Shown here one piece after another: positions 14,126-28,700 of a stretch of DNA of 64,000 bases (its first letter is position 1; the number at the start of each line of letters is the position of its first letter). Made by a program: the position numbers and the translations under genes. A model generated the notes under the pieces. That model worked only from the letters and a program-made list of their open reading frames with translations, searched no databases and was not told the origin of the DNA. Source of the DNA: Azolla caroliniana (Eukaryota; Plantae; Polypodiophyta); NCBI GenBank assembly GCA_043228905.1, contig JBHGNT010000010.1:3410001-3474000 (forward strand), given 5' to 3'.

Positions 14126-15579
14126 CCTTGTTCCTTGTGCTATTTTTATTTTGACTTAAGAAGACCTCACCTTTCTTTTCAGCCCTTAATCATTCAACTC
14201 TTGGGCTATCAAATTTGTCCACCCTCTCTCTTCCACTCTATTCTATCCAATTCCGGCCCTGCCCGCCCGCCCATAATAATGTACAATACATAAAAGAATG
14301 GCTTTTGACAACTCACGAGAGCACGCGTCCTTTTTAGATCACGACACGTTGTTAATAATGCGTGCATATCCCACGTTACCTTCTCCCCCGTATGTGTTTT
14401 TTGGCCACTCCTCGGACATTTGGATTTTGAGTTTCGGGTTTATGGGTTAAAACTTAAAACTACTAGTAACTAGACCTTTGCTTACCAGTATTATATGCCT
14501 TTTGACGATAGAATTATGCATAGATTCTGGTATTAAACTATCAAAAGGAGTGGTTTAATATGACCATGTATTATACTCTCGCTACTCACAGAATTCGCAG
14601 TTTCGTAAAATGGTTACTAGAATTCTCTACATATAAAAGAATGTGGGGGAACTACTCAAGGAATTCGTGGTTAAAACGGTTACTAGAATTCTCTACATAT
14701 GAGAATGTGGGGGAGGAACAACACGTAGCAATCCTCGGAAAATTCATGTCTAGCTTAAGCACCATTTGAATCTCTACCGAGAATCTATTTACGCGAAATG
14801 GGTTTTTTAGTACACATGAAAATTCTAGAACACCTTATTCTCGATCCATCCATCCAGCATCATCCTCCCAAAAGGGTTTGAAACCTATCGAAATAGTTTG
14901 TGAGACCTTCATCATTATTGTTTCAACACGTCTCATCTTACATTCAAACATCTACTTGTATATATAAAAAACTACTCGTTTAGGGAAGATCAATTATTTT
15001 GGAATAGCAGTATAATTATTGTTAGTCGATAAAACTATAGTGTACCTCTAGTTTATGTGAGCCCTAGTACCTACATTTTTAAAAATAGATGTAGAATCTA
15101 TAATATATGATATATAATATGTGCCCCCATGAAATTTACTATCCCAATTCACACTGCTTGGAACAATATCATGAATTTCTATATGTAAGACATGACATAT
15201 CAAGCTAGAGGTAAGGGGATTGTCGACCGCCCAATCTCCTTGTCCATATCATTTTCTTGAAGCGTGAGCATTAAAATTATGAGAACTGATCTAGAATCTC
15301 CCTTTTGATGCTTTATATTACCTTGAAAACCGATCATTCCCCGATAGTGCACCACAACAACACAAGTTTAAAGGCCACTTTGGATAAACTATAATTGACT
15401 ACTTGCAACCTACCTTATATGTTTGAAATATTTTGAAGTGTTTATCGTTGTTCCCTTTGAGAATTCATTATTTTAACTCTCGATCAACGATTACATGTTA
15501 ATGAGGGCAAGCCTTTCCAGAACACTACTTGCTTATTTTGAGGCATCATTTGGAAAAATCAAGTCCCAAAATTGAATTT

Positions 15580-15812
15580 CTTAGATTTAGCATAAGATTT
15601 TCCTTTACTATTGAATCGTTGTATAAAGGAAACAAACATTTCAATGTGAACACTCAAAATGAATGATCCAATTCTCCCAACTTACAACCATTTGAGTTTC
15701 CTTTCAATGTAGTTTTCCGAAATTTGAAATCCTAAGATTTAGCATTAGATTTTCCTTTAGTATTGAGTCTTTGTACAAGGGAAAGAAACATTGGAATATG
15801 AACACCTAAAAG
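15580..15812. repeat. Short direct duplication (~80 bp, spacing ~153 bp)
   Basis: AGATTTAGCAT(A/T)AGATTTTCCTTTA..TATTGA..TTGTA..AAGG..AAACATT..TGAACAC twice. Confidence 0.7.
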
Positions 15813-18800
15813 GAAATGATGGAAACCTTTAGAATGGGTGTTCTCATACACATACATAGAAGTACAAAAAGTAGACTAATGTTGATGTCTTATCCCCCTT
15901 GAACCTCTAGCTTGTGAGATTGTATGGTGACTTGTGAGTATTCTTAAACACCAAAGAAAGTAGAATGGATCTTATTTCTTAGATTTCTAGATCAATTCGA
16001 GGCTCATGTTATCAGAGAATCTAACAATAGGTTGAGTTGCCTAATTAAACAATAAAGTTCTACATCCTGTCAGGACAAAACAAAGCCACACTCTTAACAT
16101 AGAAACGTCTATGGTTACAATTTACATTTATAGCTTGAACAGTATTTGTGGGAACCTCACCTTGTAGATCATGATTCAACATGTATACCTCCAACAATAT
16201 GGACAAAATGGTTTATGGAAAGGAAATGGTATCCATTGTCATTGAAAAGATAAACACACTTGGGAGAATGGAGTAAGACTAGCTTTGGGGTATCCAAGCT
16301 ATTATAATTATTACACAAAATCGAAAAGAGATCATTGAGAGTTAAAAGATGGTTATGATAGCATCTAGTAGAGTGGAACACGTGAGAGCATAGTTAGTGA
16401 CATGGGAAAAAATTGGTAGATTGAGGGCATTTCAACACTCAAGCTGTCATTGTCTAACAGTGATTGCATTGAATTGACTCGCTCGGAAATGGCTTTATTG
16501 AAAGATTTTAAGCTTTCCATTATTGTGAAAAAGAAGTACATGACTTGTCATATATGTATAGATACAATACATTCTTTGTTGATCAAAGGTCGTGGATGAG
16601 GTACCTACGTGAGGTTAGATATGATGATTATTAAGTGGTTGGGACATGAGAACTAAAAATGCTTTCAACACCGGTAACTAGAACTCTAGAAAAGCTGAAG
16701 GCCACTTTTCTATGATATGATATGTGATCTATAAATAGCCTAAAATTAGCTCATTCAACATTACTAATTTGAAACAATCTCAAGGTTGTTTCTATTAGTG
16801 CCAATAAATTATGCATAAAGTTAACATAACAAAGTATGATGAAATAGAATTGTTGAGGAAGTAGGAAGGGCACTTGCGAACTTGTACAACCATGTTTGTA
16901 AACGCGTTGATATATGTACATAAATGATGTTTTGAGGTAGTAGAAAAGAAAAACACTTTATCAACTCTTTTGCAATATTGTGGCATAATAATACATCCAC
17001 AAATATCATGTTCTGATGAATTATATAAAAGAAATGTTATGTATAAGTCATCTCGTTTTCATAAACTCAAATAAACTTGGAATGCATATGGGCAAGAAAC
17101 TCATAGTTAACTTGTTCGTTGGGATATTATAACATTAGACTTGATTCACCAATGTAGAACATGAAATATCGCAATTTATAAATAGACGTGCCCTCGAAAA
17201 AACAAGCTCTAGATATTAGAGAGATCACTTTTTATTTTGTTTGCTCGCGTGTATAAAGGTAGATGGATAGAGAAAAGGTAAAAGGCAATGCAAAAGATGA
17301 CAGAGAGAAATAGCATTAGCAATTACTATCTATGCATCGAATGTGACGGTGGCAGAAGCAACCTTTTGTTCGAAAACAGTTTCAAAACGTTTGTTTATTT
17401 CATTGCTGCGATAAGAAACCACTCTTCTGTTTTCGGAAATTCCATCCTCTCACTTTATAGGGATTCATTCATCGTCGTGATTCGCAACCATGCATGTTTT
17501 GACATTGCATTCTTATAAATCCACCCAACAATGCCCATACATTGACTTACCTCGAGCTCCTTTGAAGTTTGGCCACACATAGCCACTATAAGAAACTCAA
17601 TTGCAATTCTACAACAATGTATTTTATATTCGTCCAATTCTCCTTCGACACTCACAACACCATTTATTGTTCTTGACATTATGAGTTTTGCTTGACATAA
17701 CTTAACACGCTTTTTTGCATTGGTACAATATATCGATCGTTTTCCTTCAAACTTCTGTAGCAAACAATATATGTCGTGGGCCTAACTTTTTTGTAAAGTG
17801 CCTTTTGTAGAAATATATAAAAGTTGTAGATATTCGTAGTCTATACATTGATGTCCACACACTCTACACTAGGATATTGTGGCATTTGCAAGCAAGTGAA
17901 ATGTTCTTCGGATATTTGAGTAAACTTGATTGGAGCAATTGTCAAATAGATTCACCACAAAATTCGCTATATAGAAATAACTTGCATGTTTTAAGTACAA
18001 AAAACAATGCACATGTGTAAAATTAAGGGTGTCAATAATTTATTTAGGGTTCTTTTTTGAGCCTATGTCCAAATATATATTGGTATGCCCAACTTTGATG
18101 TATCTATAATAATTCAACCTACAATTAATGTTTGATATTTCTACAAAGTCATCCAACTTTTCTTTTATCATGCTTGAAATTTTTCTAGTACAAATTCCTT
18201 ATAAACTTTGTTTCCTGATCTGACCAAACCGTCACGTTTTCCATTACACATGGACATGTGCAGCCAAGGCTAGTCCTAATACCTTACTCTCCTTCACCAT
18301 GTAATTGGTGCAAGACTACAAGTGTATAGAAAAGATCCTTAATCATTACCAAACATAAATCTATTGGGAGCGGAGTAAATGTCCAAGTTTTCTAGAGTTT
18401 ATTTATAATAGACTTCGAAAACATATAAGTCATAAGGTTATTTGTGGCAACTTCCTATGCTATATGATTGTTCAACAAATGAACCTTTGTCAATGTGGAG
18501 ACAATCCTCAAAGATGAGGAAATGTTGTGATTGACATGACTACTACAGAGAACGATACTCTATGGAGAATGGAGGAAGCTTAGTTCTAGTAGTGGGTTAC
18601 AAAGAAAATAGGATAAAAGTCTTCTTGGTCGTAACTTGGTACATCCACTATATTAGTTTCAATTGATTGACTATAGTAATTGTCATATGCACCTTGCATG
18701 TCATCTTGTGACCATATTTTCAAGTAATTCGAGGAGGAATCTTTTCTAAGCAATATTTACAGGGAACAAATTCCACTACATTACAATAGTTCAACAAGAA

Positions 18801-18894
18801 ATGACATGTTTTAAAAGACAAAGAAAGGTACCATCAGTAGAAAAAGCTTTCTAGATAGAAGTGAATTCACTTTTAACTTTCATCACTAGTTTAT

Positions 18895-19322
18895 ATGTAT
18901 AGACGAAGAGGGGAGAGGGGTAATTGGAGACGTATTATGGGAAGTACACAGTTTGATATCATTGTCAAAAATACTATCTTGCCACAAGAGACAACTTTTC
19001 ATTTGAAAATGTTTTGAATTGCATGTTTTTTCACTAGTGTATGATAAAGTCTCCGTTGGTTTTGGAGTTCAAATCCATCCTCTTACTTTAATGGTAATTA
19101 ATTCATGGTGAGTGTATGAAGAGGGGAGGGGAAGCATAAGAGGTAACGAGAGAGATATTATAGAAAGTACACCATTTGGTGTCATTGTCGGAAATACTGT
19201 CGTGCCACAAATGACAACTTTTCATCTTAAAATGTTTTGAATTGCTTTTTTTTAACTAGTGTACAACAAAACCTCCCTTTGTTTAGTGTTCAAATTTATC
19301 CTCTAATGGTAATTAATTCATG
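18895..19322. repeat. Tandem duplication, ~220-230-bp unit x2
   Basis: GAAGAGGGGAG...AAGTACAC...CATTGTC..AAATACT..TGCCACAA..GACAACTTTTCAT...TAATGGTAATTAATTCATG twice. Confidence 0.8.
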
Positions 19323-20250
19323 ACAAACGGGAGCATGCATGTAATAACGATATAGTATACATCCACTCAATTATGCCAATGCATTGGTTGACTTCTGTAC
19401 CCACTGTAGATTTAGCCCCACATAACCATGCATTTTTACAGTGTATAAATAATCATTGTCCTAAGTTTTTTTTTCTTCTTCCAAAAACATATCCTCCATT
19501 GGTATTAAAGAAGTCAATATACAAAACAGTTCACTATTACAATCAATATTGCAACATATTTAAGTAAAAACTTCTTGAACAGTCATGTAGATTTAGCAAT
19601 CCAGCCACCTTTAACATCCATAGTAATCAAGGAATTACCACCAATGACCTTTATTAATGGAGTCTATGCCACATATATTTCTAAGCATTCCATCTCTTAG
19701 CTCAGCAGTGCAAAGCCATCGTTGATGGGAATGTTGAAATTCCCAAACCTTAGCAATATTTAGTGAAGTTGAAGTTGAATTGCAACCAAAAACGAATGCA
19801 GGATGTGGACTTATCAACGTAGAAGCCTTCGAAGACACAGATGCTCCAAAAAACGAATTGGTAACCTTCTTTTCCGCCAGAGTTCTTGTATTTTGGAACT
19901 CGGACCTGGTTGTCCACCCTGTTTGTTGGTAGTCCTGCTAAACATATATACCCTGTTTGTCCACAAGATATTGCTTTTTGGCAAATGTTTGTATATCAAG
20001 GCTTTCTTCATCTGTTGCGGTTGAAGACACCAAACAATCCATAATGCACATGTCATGATTGGCCGCCTTGGACAACCCCCATCTATCCTCTCCCATGACG
20101 AAACGACCATGTCCTTCATCTCCACAATCATTGAAAATATATTTGTATTGAATCTCCTTCGCATCAACACTCTGGTTTATCACAATAGCCATGCGCCGGT
20201 TACACCACAATCATCTACCCAATCAAAATTATTTTATTAAAAATAAATTA

Positions 20251-20737
20251 GATAGTCGGCTTCGACCCCCCCACCATCTTCACTCATCCTTATCAGAGAA
20301 GAATTTCTTCATTCAGTCCACATCAGTCATCTCGCCGATTAACATCTTGCTAATGCCAATGTCCACGAAAATCTTGTGTTAACAACCAAAAATTAGTCCA
20401 AAAGTTTCCTCACCCACTCCTGATAGTTGGCTTCGACCCCCCCACCATCTTCACTCATCCTTATCACAGAAAAATTTCTTCATTCAGTCCATATCAGCCA
20501 TCTCGCCGATTAGCATCTTGCCTTGCCAATGTCCCCGCAAATCCTATATTAACAACAAAAAATTAGTGTAAAAGCTTCCTCACCCACTCATGATAGTCGG
20601 CTTCGACCTCCCCACCATCTTCACTCATCCTTATCACAGAAAAAATTTCTTTGTTCAGTCCACATCAACCATCTCGGCGATTAGCGTGTTGCCAATGTCC
20701 ACGAAAATCTTGTATTAACAACAAAAGATTAGTCTAA
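20251..20737. repeat. Tandem repeat, ~171-bp unit x ~2.8
   Basis: GATAGT(C/T)GGCTTCGACC..CCACCATCTTCACTCATCCTTATCA starts at 20251, 20422 and 20592. Confidence 0.9.
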
Positions 20738-23700
20738 AGTTCATACATATTATGTTCGTATAGTTTTCACACATAAAGGCGTCTATTACTAGAGATTCTT
20801 AAAACACAAAAAAATTCCAAAAAAATTACTAGAGAATTTATGATGTTGTTTTCTTCACATAACTTAATTATTTGACATGTTTATAAATCATGTTACTTTT
20901 CTTAGTAAATGAAAGTAAATATGAATAAATGTAGCTAGTGTTTATTATGAATAAATGCTTTTTAAAACTAATGGAAGGATATGTTTTCTGCAAAAAATAA
21001 AATAAAATGTAGCTAGTGTTTACCTTCTTATAAAGAGACATTTCTAGATAGTAGAGTCTAGAGATATATAAAAACTTGATGGTTTCTTCAATCGTGTTCA
21101 TAAAGGTTGACATTGCATAGCGATAAATGCAAAATAACTCTTTATCTTTTAGAACAAGTGACAATGAAAAGTCTTTGGGTGGAAACACTAAAGCTTCGAT
21201 TGTTTGTGAATGAGTGTGAGATATGTTTGATAGCTTTTTGTAATATGTTTCTATTTCGTAATCTTTCGATTCATGCTACACCTAGGGTAATATGAGCATC
21301 TTTGATACAAATATATGGTATCAAACATGCACATACTAAAAAACGTCATCCCCCCATAACAACAAGTGGGCCAAGGGGAGTGGTCATGTCTCCATGCCTT
21401 AACATTGATTGATCGAAATCTTTGACAAAAACAATATTAGGAACATGTTTGCACACACACATTCACTAACCTCCTTAGCAAGCTACTCAAGATTTCTGGA
21501 TTTGGAACTCTTCTTGAACATTGATCTCACTTGATGTGATGGAGGTCTACTTCAGCAAGACATAGACCTAAGAAAGGTTAGACACGGGACACATGAAATA
21601 CATGATGGATCTTCACGAATGTGGTAGTTTAAAAACGATAAGTAAACGGGATTTACCAGACAAGTATTGTAAGGGCCAATATGTTGGAATTTGACTTTCC
21701 ACAACCTTGTGAGGATTGAAGATTGAAGTAATCAATAGTGCTAGTGAACAAAGTAGAGTTGTGGATATATCAAATATTGGATACGATGATAGTTTCAGGA
21801 CACTTTCTTTGATGTGCAAGCATCTGTTTCCATTTGAAGGTTAGTTTAGACCAATAGCCATTTAATCATGTAATTTCTCATTGATAATTATGCAAAGTAT
21901 AAGCCCACTTTCATGTTACCACAAACCTCATATGACTCAAACATTCAAATTGTAATACAACCAATTGAAAATGATCTCATCGAACATCACCAAAATCTAA
22001 AGATGGTTGTTCTGAAAACTTCATCACTACTAAAGTCCAAAGGTGATTGTTCTAAAGACATCATCAAATGAGATAGATACTCTAGTGAGGCACATTGAAG
22101 CAATCAAAATATAAAGATTTGCTATGATTTTGCACGCATGCTATGGGTGTTTGTGAACTCAATCTAAAATGTCTAGTGTTGTTGTGACCCAAATAAAGAA
22201 ATAAAGAGACCATTCTAGTCCGAACTTTGCACATCACAAAAATATTTTTTGAACAATGGAGTAAAAGAAATGTTACAAGTAAGTCATTTTATGATCATAA
22301 AAAAATTGTGGTATAGAATCTAGAATGATTCGTTTTGTCGGCCCACAAGAAACTAATTATCATATTTTCCCCCAAGATCTCATAAAGTAAAGCTTGATTC
22401 ACACTAATGTTCCAATCATAAGTATCACATTTTAAAAGACACTGTACATTTGATGCAAAACTTTCTTTGTAGAGATGGCACAAGGTTTTCTAGAAAGTGT
22501 AAAAGGTAAAAGGTTTCTAGGAAATATACCGCTTTCTATCATTGCACAAAATGATACCTTGGTGCTTTTGCACAAATTTAGAGTGGATGTTTATTTCATA
22601 CCAATAATCCATTCACTCACTATTAAGAGATAACAAGCATATGATACCATCACACTTTTGTACATTCACTCAGTGATGTAATAAATTGGTTGGAATCTAG
22701 TTCCAATTGCCCCCAAATAACCATTCTTTTTTATTGTATGGCCATCTCAATTCAAAGTATATTATATCAATGATTCCCTAGCAACATCATCTACTATTGT
22801 AGAAGGTATGTTGCTTTTCTTTGCAATAAAACTTGACTTAATGCTTTGGAGACATATAGAATCATGATGTTTTCTAGTTCAAGTACCCCTAAATAATAGT
22901 ATACAACATTCACGAAATGTAGAAATAAAGAACCATTTAGATGTTTTCTTAGCTTATCCATTATTGTCCACACGTCATTGGATTAGAGCGCCGCATTATA
23001 ATAAAATTGTCGTTGGATATTTGAGTTACCAAGTGTTGTAGGCCACTATTAAAAATTCATAAGCATGTTACGTTGTCTCCAATACAAAATAATAATGTAC
23101 ACGTTGCATATAATTTATGTACTAAAAGCTTTATAGAAATGCATCAATGATAAACTATAATGGATTATGTGGTAATTGAAAGACATTTGATATGTAAGAC
23201 ACTCATGCGTTGATTCACATAATAGAATTGCTCTCTACACATGAAAAAATTAAACAATATTTTTGCGAGATATTAGGATGATCGTTTTGATCTATATCAA
23301 CCTATTTATAATGTCTCATTTTATTTCCTGTCTTGAACACAACATCATTGTGGTTACTTTTATTTTACTTGATTTGTCTTGAAACTATGACATACAAAGC
23401 TTGACCCATGGTAACGAGACTACAACCATTATGAGATATATCTAGGATAATGTGCAAGCAAACATGGACAAACATTCATAATGGCATGAACACTTTCTTT
23501 TGGAGAGACATATATCCTATTATCAACTTTCTAATGTTGAAATGGAGGGCCTATAGTTCGAAACAAGCTTTGCATGGATTGTTCATAATATAAATATTTT
23601 ATATGTTGTCCTTTCATGTCATATCGATTATGACTAGGTATATAATGACTTCAAACTCTTCATAAATACCCCAATATATGGATAATGGGATTACATATAT

Positions 23701-24296
23701 TAGACAAATTCCTTTAGTGCCCCAAATTTGTTACAAAAAGTGAAATTGCTTTTGTGTAAGAGCTATACTTATACACCCATCTTAGCATCAACTAAACATG
23801 GAAAATATGATGTCATGTACATATTGCATTATCTCATCACATGCATGAGGCATCCTTCTTTACGTGGCTATATGATTTTAATCTTTCCTTGTTCACCATC
23901 AAGTACTTTGATAGCCCAAAGTTGTTTGTTACTTACTCTTAGTAACTCCCATCTCTATTTTTTACATGAAAAGCCATTAGCCCTTTTTTAACAATTAGTA
24001 ATAACTATTAAGCATTAATTGCTCGCTCTCAATAACTCTCTTTCCTTTATTGATATGAGAAGTCATTAGCCTTTGCTTTAACTAATCACCATCAAGCATT
24101 TATGCTTTGATAACCAAAGGTGTTCATTGCCTACTTTAAGTAAGCCATTAGGCCTTGGCTTTACTATCAGTAATCCTCATCAAGCATCAATGCTTTGAAA
24201 AACCAATGTTCATTACCTACTCATGGTAACTTTTGTCCATTATTGATATGAAAGCCTATAAATTCTTGTTTTTATGATGAGAGAGAGAGAGAGAGG

Positions 24297-25686
24297 ATTG
24301 CGTTCTCAATTTCATTGCTTGTTTCTTTCGGGGGTCAAAAGAGGTGGGAGATATAGTTGAGGTTGACATTAAAGAATTTTGGAGTTTATTGAAGTGCGAT
24401 GATTAGTACACAACTTGCCCAATTATGGGTTTATCTAATAACAACCACAAAATATAACATTCATGTAAGCTCATTTGCCTATACAAACTGAAGAGCAATT
24501 GTGGATTGATTGACATCTATAAGGTCCAACATTATTTTCACAAGTGACTTTTAATCTCTTCATTGCTCTACTGTATCTCTTGGATAACTATCATCTAAGG
24601 TTGAGCAAGAATGGAAGGTATGTAACTCTAATTATGGATGGTCATAAATCTTGAAACACGGTTGGTGTTCTAAATTGGCACTTCTAACACGTCTTTATTT
24701 TGGGAGTATTGATTAGGGGTTTGCCTTTCGGATTAGCTCTAAAGAGACAAAGACTAGCAACACGCAATTACTTATGCACTATTCAAGTGGAAGATAGTAC
24801 TCATTGTTTCACACAATGTCCTATTGCATGTCAAATTTAGTGTGATATATCTAAGCTTTGGTAAGGTTTGTTGCATAGTCATTTGATGGGCAAGACAATA
24901 TGTATTTGCACAATTTACACAAGTTGAATTGAAATAAGATATATGGTGATCATTTTCCTATTTTTGAGATATTGGGGATTGCATGATGATTGGGATATGC
25001 TAAATGCTTTCATATTTGATGGAGGCATGAAGTTACAACATGCCTATGGAAGTTGAATGGGGAACTAATGCAATTTTGTTAATTAGAGCAACTCGAAGTT
25101 CTTTCCTCAATGGAGAGTTCAAATTGCCTATATGTGATTTCACATGTCCCACTACCAACATAATGGTGAGACCACTCAAATGTGGTATCATTGCATTGTT
25201 TTTGACGCACATTTATTAATCTACTAATGTGTTTTCATTGGGAGAGAAAGAGATTATGTTTTTTTGTACAACGGTTGATGAAGATGACAAACATAGGTTC
25301 ATTACATGCCCAGTTGCTAAAGGCATCAATGACATGAAGTTTTTTGTAACCTTTTAAGTGAAATTTCATTGATGGTGCTAGAGCTCTACCTACCCCATCA
25401 TATTAGGTAGTCTTTGATGACCTTTAGGTATTGGGGGGTGTGGTTTAATTGGATCATGAGAAATGGGTTCTTGTTTTATGGACATCGTAGGGTATCACAA
25501 CAACTCTGTAAGTTGAAAGGAAAGTTGATTTGGCAATTCTCACAACTATGTTGCATGGAGACTTTATTATAAGATTAGGTAGATTGATATCATCAAGTAT
25601 ATTACAACACTTGAACTACCAATGAAGTAGTGAGGATAGTAAGGGTTGTATTATCATATTGTTGTAATATTTAACAAACTTGTGTT

Positions 25687-25689
<3 letters not shown>
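24297..25689 (+). mobile_element. Degenerate L1-like LINE 3' portion between two (GA)n tracts
   Basis: Remnant zf-RVT (LPFGLALKR...CTIQVEDSTHCFTQCPIA) at ~24720-24840; TTGAGATATTGGGGATT.. resembles the L1 3' regions at 29250 and 58498. Confidence 0.6.

Positions 25690-25783
<94 letters not shown>
25690..25783. repeat. (GA)~47 microsatellite
   Basis: Directly visible. Confidence 0.98.
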
Positions 25784-25785
<2 letters not shown>

Positions 25786-28700
25786 TTGGAGAAGGACAAA
25801 CACTATTTTTGATGTATTTTTCTGCTACAGTGTCCGTTTTGTTTATTCTTTGGCTTGTTTCGAAGCTTGCATAGAGAGCTTTCTAAAGAGTATCTGCAAG
25901 TATTATTTGGTGGTTTTTGTAGAACGTTACGAGTAAAATTGCCTTTTGGTTGTATGCATCTCATGGTCGCTTACTTTGTTTCCTTCTCTAACAAAATTAC
26001 TTGTAAGTGAGCTCTCTCATATTTTTTGTTATAAGGATGTTAGTGTTTTCATGAATATGGATGAGACTCCAAATTCCTCAAATGATGCATGCATGGTTGA
26101 GTCAGTATCGAGTTCAAGAGGGGATGGTAAAAGACAACGATGTATTAGAGATAATAGTAATGAAATGTCTTATGCTGATGTAATGCAACAAGATGATATT
26201 AAGAAATATGATAGTCATTGGGAACATTTAAGATGCATGGAAAATATACTAATGAAGATTGTGTAAGGGAGATGGTAAAAGTTGATGAGGAGTTTGTTGA
26301 CAATGAAGTGGCTAAGGTAGCAATAGATAATAAGGAGTTTTTGGGCTCATTTGCCAATTTTTTTGATAGAGGGCTCGTATTGTTTTTCATGGGGAATATA
26401 CCTTTCCTTTGGAGGGTCGAACAATGGTTACGTGGGATTTTACAAGCTAATTGTGTTCAGGATATTTATGCCGGTCCTTGTGGGTTTTATGAGGTTGTTT
26501 TGGTATCACAAGAGTATAAAGAGAAATTACTCAATAAATTGCTAGTTTTTTATGAGAAAAGTTTGGTTCATATTGTTCCGTGGAGGCCACTAGTGGAATA
26601 CCAAGATATATTAAAGCAAGAGTGTCCTGTATGGGTTGAGGTAGATTGCACATATTCAGTGGTCTGGCCAATATTACGATCAACAATGGAAAAGATCTTG
26701 GTGCCTGCTAGTGCTAATGCTCAAAATTGATATCGTATGTGTATTCTTTGGAATACTGCTATAAAGAGGCCAATTTGTTTACAGATTGCATGCTTTGGTA
26801 TGCCTCATATGTATTCTCGGCTTAAATGGGGTACATTTGTAGGACATTGTTTCCATTATGGTGTGTTGGGGCATTTTATGGTTGATTGTCCTCAAAAAAG
26901 AAATAATCTAGTGGAAGTGGTACATGAAGAGTCTACAAATCATATGATCACATTCAAACTTTGACAAGTTTAGAGTAAATAAAGGAACCACAAATTGTGA
27001 ATGACGGGGATGGAAAGACTCTAAAGGATTAAGGGAAATGGTCAATAGTTTCTGGAAAGGTGAAGAAGTTTAATAAGAATGTTGGGCATAATGTAGCTAT
27101 GGAGAAGGTAACACCGATTCAACAAACAAATTCCATGCGGAATAGACCATGGCGTCATCAAGAGGACTATACAAAGAAATTGTCTTTTGATAATAAAGGC
27201 AATTTGTATGTTCCTTGGAATAAATGGAAATTGGTGCCTTGTTCACATGAGGAGCCATCGGGGTTTGGAGTTTTGCATTCCCATAGTAATTCGTATGCAA
27301 TCTTAGGGGATTTATTTCAAGATATGGTAGAAACATTAGTTGTGAAGGAGAAGGAGATTTCTCGAATTAAATGAAAAAAATAAAGTATGAAGATCACCAC
27401 ATGGATTGTGAGGGGATTGTGTTAAGTGAGAGATGTGATGTTTTATGTGTAGTAGAGATTGTCATGTTTATAAGAAATAAATTTCACCCAAAAGTAATTG
27501 CTTCAGATGAATTTGGAAGATTTATCGTGGTAGAGATATGTTATGAAGGGTAAGTTCTTTAGTTAGTTGGTGCGTATGCATCAGATGTTTCACAAGAATG
27601 AATGTTGTTATGGAGATATCTAAACTTAGTGCTTGATAATGGTATACTGAGTTTATTGATGGAAGATTTTAATGTTTGTTGTGAGACAGATCAATCAACA
27701 TCTATCCACTCCATTATGGATGGACCAAAGGCTCAAGAATAGGGAGATTTTGAGACTGAAGACATGTTAAGGGATGTATGGAAATGGATCAAGGGAGATG
27801 AACCTGGTTATACCTTTCAATCAGGTCAATATAAGGATACTTGGAGTAGGTTGGATCGAATGTATGTAATGCATACCGAAGGGTTTTTACTAGAGATTTT
27901 GGATATTTCAGTGTCTTATGGGTCAATTATATTAGATAATTTCCCATTAATTTTTGAATTCACTCAATGCCATTCAATTAGAGCTTTTCATGAGTTTTTG
28001 GGAAAACCACCGTTGATTTTTAATTCCTCATTTTTGGATCATGAGGTCTTCCATGACTATATGTGTCAATTGATTGATGCATTTGCTTATCGTGTTCTGA
28101 TGGGTATGAAGCGTGGGAAGTATTTGTTGCAAATGTTCAGAGGTTAACTAGGTATTATGAAATTCACCATGCTTTTAAAAGGAGAAAGAAATTAAGTCTC
28201 CTAGTTAATTTCCTTGATAAATGATGTTAGGAAACAAGTCCCTCCTTATGGGAAGAGGAGCATGAGTCGAAGAAAAGGGAGAACTAAATCGGTTGATAGC
28301 AACTCGACCTTGGCCGAAAAATCAAACCAATTGTTCGATTCGGCCATGGGCGAATAATTGAATCCGAATCGGTTTGGCTAATAGTCGATTTGGTCGAAGC
28401 CGACTCAGGGCAATATTTGTAAATAGAGTTAATGTGCCACTGTGGGCTATATTTGTAAATAGTCTTGAATGTTGTATTAGTATAAATACACCTAGGACAA
28501 TCATTATGAATGTGTGAAAGGTCATTGTTGTATAGTTGTTGAACAATTATAGTTGGTAGTTGCCTCTGTAACTGAGTGAGAGTGAGAGTTGTAACTTTGT
28601 CGTTGTCTGTTAGATGAAGGATAGCACAAGGCCGTTGCCTTGAAGCCTCTCGTTGTATTCCTCTTACCTTAGTCATTCTATTTGGAATTTGTGGGCTCCC

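Noticed and set aside
13597-14293. ORFs of 110-227 aa upstream of the RLK
   Set aside because: Low-complexity translations of CT/GA repeats
16150-16700. Possible ancient gypsy integrase remnant
   Set aside because: Too degenerate; no LTR or clear motif
17288-17763. Short ORFs (76-102 aa)
   Set aside because: No recognisable domain or splice structure
25646-25936. RE-repeat proteins
   Set aside because: Translation of the (GA)n microsatellite
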